Source: Bacteroidota bacterium (GTDB lineage: Bacteria; Bacteroidota; Bacteroidia; UBA8524). Taken from it: DNA of 64,000 nucleotides. A program made the translations under genes and the position numbers. The stretch is from assembly GCA_016124735.1 (NCBI GenBank), contig WGMZ01000031.1:52147-116146 (forward strand), read 5' to 3'. The notes under the pieces were generated by a model. That model searched no databases. It was not told where the DNA came from and saw only the letters and a list, made by a program, of their open reading frames with translations. Below are positions 59,011 to 64,000 of the stretch, piece by piece (position 1 is the first letter of the stretch; each line of letters opens with the position of its first letter).

Positions 59011-59301
59011 GTGCGTATTTTCTATGTCTATATAGTGCTCTGTTCAGACTCAACTTATTATGTCGGCATTACAAACGACTTAGTTAGAAGAATACTCGAA
59101 CATAATTCTGGAAAATTTCAAAATTCCTATACTGCTCACAGAAGACCCGTTAAACTCGTTTTCTCAGAAAAATTATTTGATCCTAGCGAGGCTATCAGAC
59201 GAGAAAAACAAATTAAACGGTGGGGACAAGCCAAGAAGAAAGCTTTGATAGCAGGAGATTTCAAATCACTTCCACATTTATCAAAGAGCAAGTCTTCATG
59301 A
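59011..59301 (+). CDS. Small GIY-YIG-domain nuclease-family protein
   Basis: The 96-aa protein begins FYVYIVLCSDSTYYVGITNDLVRRILEHN, the GIY ... YIG core with Arg and Glu. Confidence 0.75.
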   Translation: MRIFYVYIVLCSDSTYYVGITNDLVRRILEHNSGKFQNSYTAHRRPVKLVFSEKLFDPSEAIRREKQIKRWGQAKKKALIAGDFKSLPHLSKSKSS

Positions 59302-59304
59302 TAA

Positions 59305-59647
59305 GTCAGTTCGAGCCTGTCGAGAACTGCTTTATCCTTATTGAGTTCACTTCTCGACAAGCTCGAAGTGACTTTGAATATGCTATTTGCCACGGAATTT
59401 ATAAATACGACCGTCCATTTCAGTCAGTTCGAGCTTGTCGAGAACTGCTTTACCCTTATTGAGTTCACTTCTCGACAAGCTCGAAGTGACTTTGAATATG
59501 CCATTTGCCACGGAATTTATAAATACGACCGTCCATTTCAGTCAGTTCGAGCCTGTCGAGAACTGCTTTATCCCTATTAAGTTCACTTCTCGACAAGCTC
59601 GAAGTGACTTTACAAGCTCGAAGTGACTTTGCAAGCTCGAAGTGACT
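59305..59647. repeat. Tandem array (about 118-bp unit times 2.6) of the same palindromic element, ending in 19-bp CAAGCTCGAAGTGACTTT tandem copies
   Basis: Units span 59305-59422 and 59423-59540 and are more than 95% identical. Each contains the GTCAGTTCGAGC(C/T)TGTCGAGAACTG ... CACTTCTCGACAAGCTCGAAGTGAC hairpin plus the spacer GAATATGC(T/C)ATTTGCCACGGAATTTATAAATACGACCGTCCATTTCA. A partial third unit and the 19-bp repeats follow. Confidence 0.85.
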
Positions 59648-59653
59648 AACTTC

Positions 59654-62600
59654 CTACTCCGAAATATTCCTGAAATACTCGCGGATCTTTTCCTTGTAAT
59701 ATGGGCGCAACTCAGCAGGGACGTTTTTTAACAATTCGTTTTCCCGTTCCTTTTGTTTGAGGTATTCTTCTAATTCAGGAGGCAGGGTTCTTTCATTCTG
59801 TTTGCCTTCCTTGGATTCGCGTTTTTTATCCTGCTCTCTTGTCTGCTCTGCTTTCTCATGTTCCAGCATGCGTGTTTCGATATCGCGCACACGTTTCAAG
59901 GTTTCCAGATTCAATTTTTTATTGACGAGGTCTTTCTCCAACTTCTCCATCTCTTCGATGGTTTTCTGCAATTCGCCGGCCTCTTTTCCATTCCCTTCTT
60001 GCTGCAATTGCTTTTTCATTTCCTGGAGCATGCGACGTATCATTTCCTGCTGGGCAGCCATTTGCGCCCATTGTTTGCTACCCGGAGACTGACCATTCTC
60101 TTGCTGCCCCTTCATTTTTCCCAATTCCTTCTTTAATTGCTCCTGCATCTCTCTCATCTTCTTCATATCGCCCTGACCTTTTTTTGGCTTGGACTTTTTA
60201 GAACTACCGCCTCCTGACCCGTCACTGCTCATCATGTCATCCTGCATATTCTTCAGGATTTCACTTAGCATAACAGCCAAATTATTCATGCTGGTCATGG
60301 TGTATTGCTGAGACACTGCCGCATCTCTGGTTTGACGTTGTGATAGTTGATACAATGAGCGATTGAGGTTATCATTGATTTGCCCCATCTGTTTATTGAT
60401 ATAACTCTTCAACACAATGGCGCGTTTACTCAATGCCAATAAACTGTCTTCTATAATTTTCGAATCATCGCGAATCTTTTTCTGTTTTTGAACCAGTTCA
60501 ACATATTTAGGGTTATAACCCTGTATCGCCGACAATTCATCTATCAAACTCTCCTGATCAAATGAGAGTTGAATCAAATTTTCAAGAATTCCACGGAGTG
60601 TTTCATAGTCTTCCATATGTTGCTCCATCTCTGTCGATTTCATTTCCTGACGCATTTTATCCGCCAGGTCTTTCATCTTCTTGGCTGCTTCTTTCTGCTT
60701 TTTGGAAGCTTTCTCATTCTCCTTTTCCTTCAGCTGATCTGAACCCTCTTCCATCTCCTGACTAATGCTATCCATTTCCTCTTCCGGCACCTCATAATCC
60801 ATTGGTTCCTCCAATTGCTCATTCAGGCTATCGGTTTTATCCATGTCTTCCTGAAGCTTTTCAAATTCCTTATTCAGAGAATCCTGCTTTTGTTTCAGCC
60901 CTTCAGGAGTGCCTTTTTCTTCCTTTGTTTCCTCCGCCAGTTTTTCCTGTTCTTCCGCCAGCTTGTCCAGCTCCTCTACCTGTTCATCCATCCGCTTCTC
61001 CACTTCAAAGCGTTTGTACATTTCCAGCATGCGGTCTAACTGCTTATCAAGCTCCTTTTCACCCAATTCCATCTTTTCCAGCTCCTGCTTCAAAAGATCT
61101 TTGTTTTGATCCTCCATCATTCGCTGCATATCTTCCATCATCTTCTTCAACTCGTCGGAGAAGAGCTCGTCAAACATTTTTTCAAGTTGGCGCTGTTTTT
61201 CCAACATTTCCTGTTGAAGCGGGTTGAATTCATTGTTCTGCTGATTGATGTTCTCATTTTTCTTTTTCAACTCATCAATCTGCTTTTTCAACTCTTCCTG
61301 CTTTTTCAAGAGCTCCTCCAAATCTTTCTTGTCCTGCCAGGTAAGTTCTTTCTTCTCCAGAAGCTTTTGCTGCAACTTTCTGATGTCCTTAGCCAATTTT
61401 CTGGTCTCCTTCATCGCTTCCTCCAGCTCTTGTTTCACTTCATTGCTTCGCTTTTCGTTCTGCTGTTTCAGCTGATCTCTGTTGGCTATTTCATACAACT
61501 TCGTCTGAGAAAGTGTACGCTTAGGTCCGTGAATCCCATCGTTATCATAAATCTCGAAATAGTATTCCAGTTTATCTCCCGGTTCAATACCCAATTCAGT
61601 CAGGTCCCAAACGTGAAAGAACTGCTGTTCCTTTTTCCCCGGACTTAGTGCTAATTTAATTTTATCCCCTTTTCCTCTTTTGGAAGGATTCTCCGAACTG
61701 ATAAAGTGATAAACAAACTGCAGAGATGAAAATCCATAGTCATCGCTTACTTCTCCTACAAAATAGGCAACACGGCCCTGGCTGTTGTCTTCTTTCTCTT
61801 GCACCTGAATAGATGGATATGCATCCTGTATAATGTTGATTTGAAAAGGAACAGAATCCTGGATAACACCTTTTTCTCTTTCAAGTCCGATATAATAGCG
61901 CAGATTTTTGAACAAGTTCCTGCTGATCCGGAAATCATCTTCACCCTTCTGTTTCAGGTATTCAATAGGTTCTTCTCCTAAACGAATCCACACACCTTGT
62001 GCATTTTTTACCTGGATATCCCAATTAACTCTGGTTCCTTCCGGAATATTCAAATCACCGGTATTGTCCAAAGACTCATCTTTTAATCCGGTATAAGTCG
62101 GATAGTTCAGATGGATTTTCATTCCTGCCATTAAGGCCTTGGAGACTACCTGAAAATGATAGGTTTCCGATTGAAAGGTTCCCGCTTCAAAATCAAAATC
62201 AAAATCCTTCTGAAGGTTCCGCATCAGGTAACGGTGCTCGTCTCCTCCCATGGCATTCATCTTATACCGTTTTCCATCTGATAGGAAGTAAACGTCCTGC
62301 GGTATTTCTTCGCCCTGAAGTTTGAGAATAAGCTCCACTTCATCATTTTGACCGGCTTTCAAGTCCTTGTTTTCCAGGATAAATTTAAACGGCGCTTCTT
62401 CCGCAAATTCTTTGTTGTACTGTACCAGGCGTAGGGTTCCTTCCCGCATGATTCGTGCATTGATGAAAAACAAGCCTATTCCCGCTACGACCGGTATTAT
62501 CAGGTATTTTAAGTACTTTCTGTTCGCTTTGAAATCAATGGCCTGAACGAACGGAATTGGCTTCAGTTCCTCACTTTTTTGCCGAATACTGGCCTCAATT

Positions 62601-62980
62601 AAAGTTTGATTTCCAATATCCTTTCCTGCCAGCTCATTTAATTGAAGCGTATTTAAGAGCTTGTCTTTTACTTCTCCGAAATGCTCTCCGATAATTCGGC
62701 TGGCCTGTTCATGGTTGATTCTTTTTCCAATAGAAAGCAATCCGGCAAGCGGCACAATGAGGTACCGATAAAATATAAACAAGATGAGTGCTAACGAGCT
62801 ATAAAATAAAAACGCTCTCACCCCGGAGTGAAAGCGTCCATAATATTCTAAAAGAGTAACGAGAAGGTAGTCGACTAATGCAATGGCCAGGAAATAAATC
62901 AATCCTTTAATCAATAAGTTTTTGTAATACTTTCTGATAAAGGCATCGAGTTTTTGTATGAGTAGTTCGTAGGCAGACAC
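59654..62980 (-). CDS. Large (1108 aa) N-terminally membrane-anchored protein with a very long K/E/Q-rich coiled-coil region (possibly DUF4175-like)
   Basis: Two or three N-terminal TM helices are followed by a globular region of about 450 aa, then about 500 aa of heptad-like charged sequence (EELKKQIDELKKKNENINQQ ... EKLAEETKEEK ...). Antisense ORFs in this region arise from low complexity. Confidence 0.6.
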   Translation of the reverse strand: MSAYELLIQKLDAFIRKYYKNLLIKGLIYFLAIALVDYLLVTLLEYYGRFHSGVRAFLFYSSLALILFIFYRYLIVPLAGLLSIGKRINHEQASRIIGEHFGEVKDKLLNTLQLNELAGKDIGNQTLIEASIRQKSEELKPIPFVQAIDFKANRKYLKYLIIPVVAGIGLFFINARIMREGTLRLVQYNKEFAEEAPFKFILENKDLKAGQNDEVELILKLQGEEIPQDVYFLSDGKRYKMNAMGGDEHRYLMRNLQKDFDFDFEAGTFQSETYHFQVVSKALMAGMKIHLNYPTYTGLKDESLDNTGDLNIPEGTRVNWDIQVKNAQGVWIRLGEEPIEYLKQKGEDDFRISRNLFKNLRYYIGLEREKGVIQDSVPFQINIIQDAYPSIQVQEKEDNSQGRVAYFVGEVSDDYGFSSLQFVYHFISSENPSKRGKGDKIKLALSPGKKEQQFFHVWDLTELGIEPGDKLEYYFEIYDNDGIHGPKRTLSQTKLYEIANRDQLKQQNEKRSNEVKQELEEAMKETRKLAKDIRKLQQKLLEKKELTWQDKKDLEELLKKQEELKKQIDELKKKNENINQQNNEFNPLQQEMLEKQRQLEKMFDELFSDELKKMMEDMQRMMEDQNKDLLKQELEKMELGEKELDKQLDRMLEMYKRFEVEKRMDEQVEELDKLAEEQEKLAEETKEEKGTPEGLKQKQDSLNKEFEKLQEDMDKTDSLNEQLEEPMDYEVPEEEMDSISQEMEEGSDQLKEKENEKASKKQKEAAKKMKDLADKMRQEMKSTEMEQHMEDYETLRGILENLIQLSFDQESLIDELSAIQGYNPKYVELVQKQKKIRDDSKIIEDSLLALSKRAIVLKSYINKQMGQINDNLNRSLYQLSQRQTRDAAVSQQYTMTSMNNLAVMLSEILKNMQDDMMSSDGSGGGSSKKSKPKKGQGDMKKMREMQEQLKKELGKMKGQQENGQSPGSKQWAQMAAQQEMIRRMLQEMKKQLQQEGNGKEAGELQKTIEEMEKLEKDLVNKKLNLETLKRVRDIETRMLEHEKAEQTREQDKKRESKEGKQNERTLPPELEEYLKQKERENELLKNVPAELRPYYKEKIREYFRNISE

Positions 62981-63038
62981 AGCAGCTTGAGCGTTATAGG
63001 TAATTGCTTCTCTTCATAATAACGAATCCTTGGCAGGC

Positions 63039-63545
63039 TTATTTTAATCCTGCTTCTGCCACCATTTTATCCAAAGTCTCACTGAATCTCTGAGGATCTT
63101 CATAGCCTGGATTGATGAACAGTTTATTGTTTTGAGGAAGAATAAAGTAAGTGGTTGGGTATCCTGTACGATATTCCTTGGAAAGCATTGCGTGAAGTTC
63201 CCGGCCAGTGTAGGCAGTTGTATCAATATAATACGTCTGATTCAGTTCAGGATTGAACTTAATCGCTACGAAATGCTTGTTAATTTTCTTTATGATTTCA
63301 GGGTCTGAGTAGGTCTCGCGGTCCATCTTTTTGCACCAGCCACACCAATCGGTATAGGCATCCACAAGGATGATTTTATTCTCAGATATACCGCGCTTAT
63401 AGCCAGAATTCCAGCCTTCCCACTTCAATTCAGGTTGTTGCTGAATTACATTGAAGCTTTCTGCCGAAAAAATCAACACCAAGGCTGTCGCTATTGTTAA
63501 AACCCTTCTCATTTTCTTTTCCCAATGATTCAAAAATTGTTCCAT
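63039..63545 (-). CDS. Thioredoxin-fold protein
   Basis: The N-terminus is a signal peptide. The redox motif WCGWCKKMD (CxxC) is present and the length is 168 aa. Confidence 0.7.
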   Translation of the reverse strand: MEQFLNHWEKKMRRVLTIATALVLIFSAESFNVIQQQPELKWEGWNSGYKRGISENKIILVDAYTDWCGWCKKMDRETYSDPEIIKKINKHFVAIKFNPELNQTYYIDTTAYTGRELHAMLSKEYRTGYPTTYFILPQNNKLFINPGYEDPQRFSETLDKMVAEAGLK

Positions 63546-63575
63546 TGGAAGGAATGACCATTTAATCCCGTTAAC

Positions 63576-64000
63576 TTACTTTTCTCCAAATATTTCATCG
63601 AGGCTTAAAATCTTCACTTTTCCAAATTTCTTGAGCAGCTTTTTATCTATCTTATCTTTTGAACCGAGGATGCAATAGTAAAAAGCTTTTTTAGCAAAGT
63701 ATCGGGATTGAAAATCACTGACCATGGAAAGATTAATGGCATTCAACTGGTCATAGATGATTTTATTGATGTCGTAATCCCGACCCATTCTTTTCGCTGT
63801 CAGGTAGCTGAAGAATATTTGTTCGTCGAGTACCCGATTCGTTTCGAGGCTTTGTTTCAATGACCTCTGTGCTTTTTGAATAGCATCGTGGTTCGAGGGT
63901 AATGTATTGAATAAATTGACCATGGCCGGAACCGCATCGGCTAATTTATCGCTTTGTGTTCCGATATAAGCCATCACGACATTCGGTTGGCTCGGTTTAG
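63576..64000 (-). CDS. C-terminal fragment of a peptidase M16 (insulinase)-like family protein; the N-terminus lies beyond the window edge
   Basis: On the minus strand the ORF extends upstream of the first in-window Met at 63977, through 64000 (the window edge), with no stop codon. Its sequence pattern resembles the inactive C-terminal domain of M16-type peptidases. The call is tentative. Confidence 0.4.
   Translation of the reverse strand, partial: KPSQPNVVMAYIGTQSDKLADAVPAMVNLFNTLPSNHDAIQKAQRSLKQSLETNRVLDEQIFFSYLTAKRMGRDYDINKIIYDQLNAINLSMVSDFQSRYFAKKAFYYCILGSKDKIDKKLLKKFGKVKILSLDEIFGEK

Noticed and set aside
59136-59626. Several 60-90 aa ORFs (59136..59393 on the minus strand; 59220..59462, 59341..59580 and 59435..59626 on the plus strand) with repeating peptide SQFELVENCF ... 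TSRQARSDFEYAICHGIYKYDRPFQ
   Set aside because: They are translations of the 118-bp palindromic tandem DNA repeat. Identical peptides recur because the DNA repeats, and they partly overlap the GIY-YIG gene.
60802-61648. Long antisense ORFs (141, 180, 76 and 74 aa) inside the coiled-coil gene
   Set aside because: They are Leu/Phe/Ser-rich translations of the reverse complement of K/E/Q codon repeats. This is a typical artefact of low-complexity coding sequence.
1-64000. A search for CRISPR arrays, tRNA or rRNA genes, integrases, transposases or toxin-antitoxin pairs
   Set aside because: No direct-repeat/spacer array with regular 28-37 bp periodicity was seen. No tRNA-like cloverleaf segments or rRNA-like conserved blocks were recognised. 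No ORF had integrase (R ... H ... R ... Y) or DDE transposase signatures. The only periodic DNA found is the polypurine repeat, the YG-coding repeat and the palindromic 118-bp family.

Overview
The window looks like a Bacteroidetes chromosome segment. It is AT-rich, contains type IX secretion (T9SS) C-terminal sorting domains and an XrtF-type exosortase, and shows weak Shine-Dalgarno usage.

The left end (1-9.9 kb) carries two large T9SS-secreted proteins, a small lipoprotein, a cytochrome b5-like protein and a histidine-kinase/OmpR two-component pair.

The centre (about 9.9-48.9 kb) is the outstanding feature. A short plus-strand module (MOP flippase, XrtF exosortase, XrtF-associated protein) is followed by a roughly 36 kb run of about 30 tightly packed or overlapping minus-strand genes. 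Together they form a polysaccharide locus that appears to make an unusual sulfated, amidated, acidic exopolysaccharide. The export machinery is Wza, a Wzc BY-kinase with a (YG)11 tail, a second Wzx and Wzy. The initiating transferase is WecA/MraY-like and there are three GT4 glycosyltransferases. Acidic sugar precursors come from UDP-glucose 6-dehydrogenase, a UDP-GlcNAc 6-dehydrogenase (TviB/WbpA-like), a UDP-GlcNAcA 4-epimerase (TviC/WbpP-like), WecB, a Gfo/Idh/MocA oxidoreductase and a NeuD/PglD-like acetyltransferase. Two AsnB-like amidotransferases sit in the locus, as does an ATP-grasp ligase, HAD phosphatase and HisC/CobD-like aminotransferase trio that recalls Campylobacter capsule amide decoration. 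Embedded in the locus is a complete PAPS supply and recycling cassette (cysD, cysN, cysC, cysQ and an SLC13/DASS transporter with TrkA-C domains) plus a sulfotransferase. A cytoplasmic heparinase II/III-fold protein is also present. Its known bacterial relatives include a glucuronyl C5-epimerase, which points to a glycosaminoglycan-like sulfated polymer.

A roughly 160 bp polypurine, G-quadruplex-capable repeat sits directly upstream of this operon.

The right end carries a four-helix-bundle (TIGR02436-like) gene, guaB, a system I cytochrome c maturation set (ccmC, ccmD-like, ccmE, ccmF), dcd, a WD40 protein, a phosphopantetheinyl transferase, a membrane fatty-acid desaturase, a small GIY-YIG nuclease flanked by a family of long palindromic tandem repeats, a 1108-aa membrane-anchored coiled-coil protein, a thioredoxin-like protein and a partial M16-peptidase-like gene.

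No rRNA, tRNA or CRISPR array was recognised.
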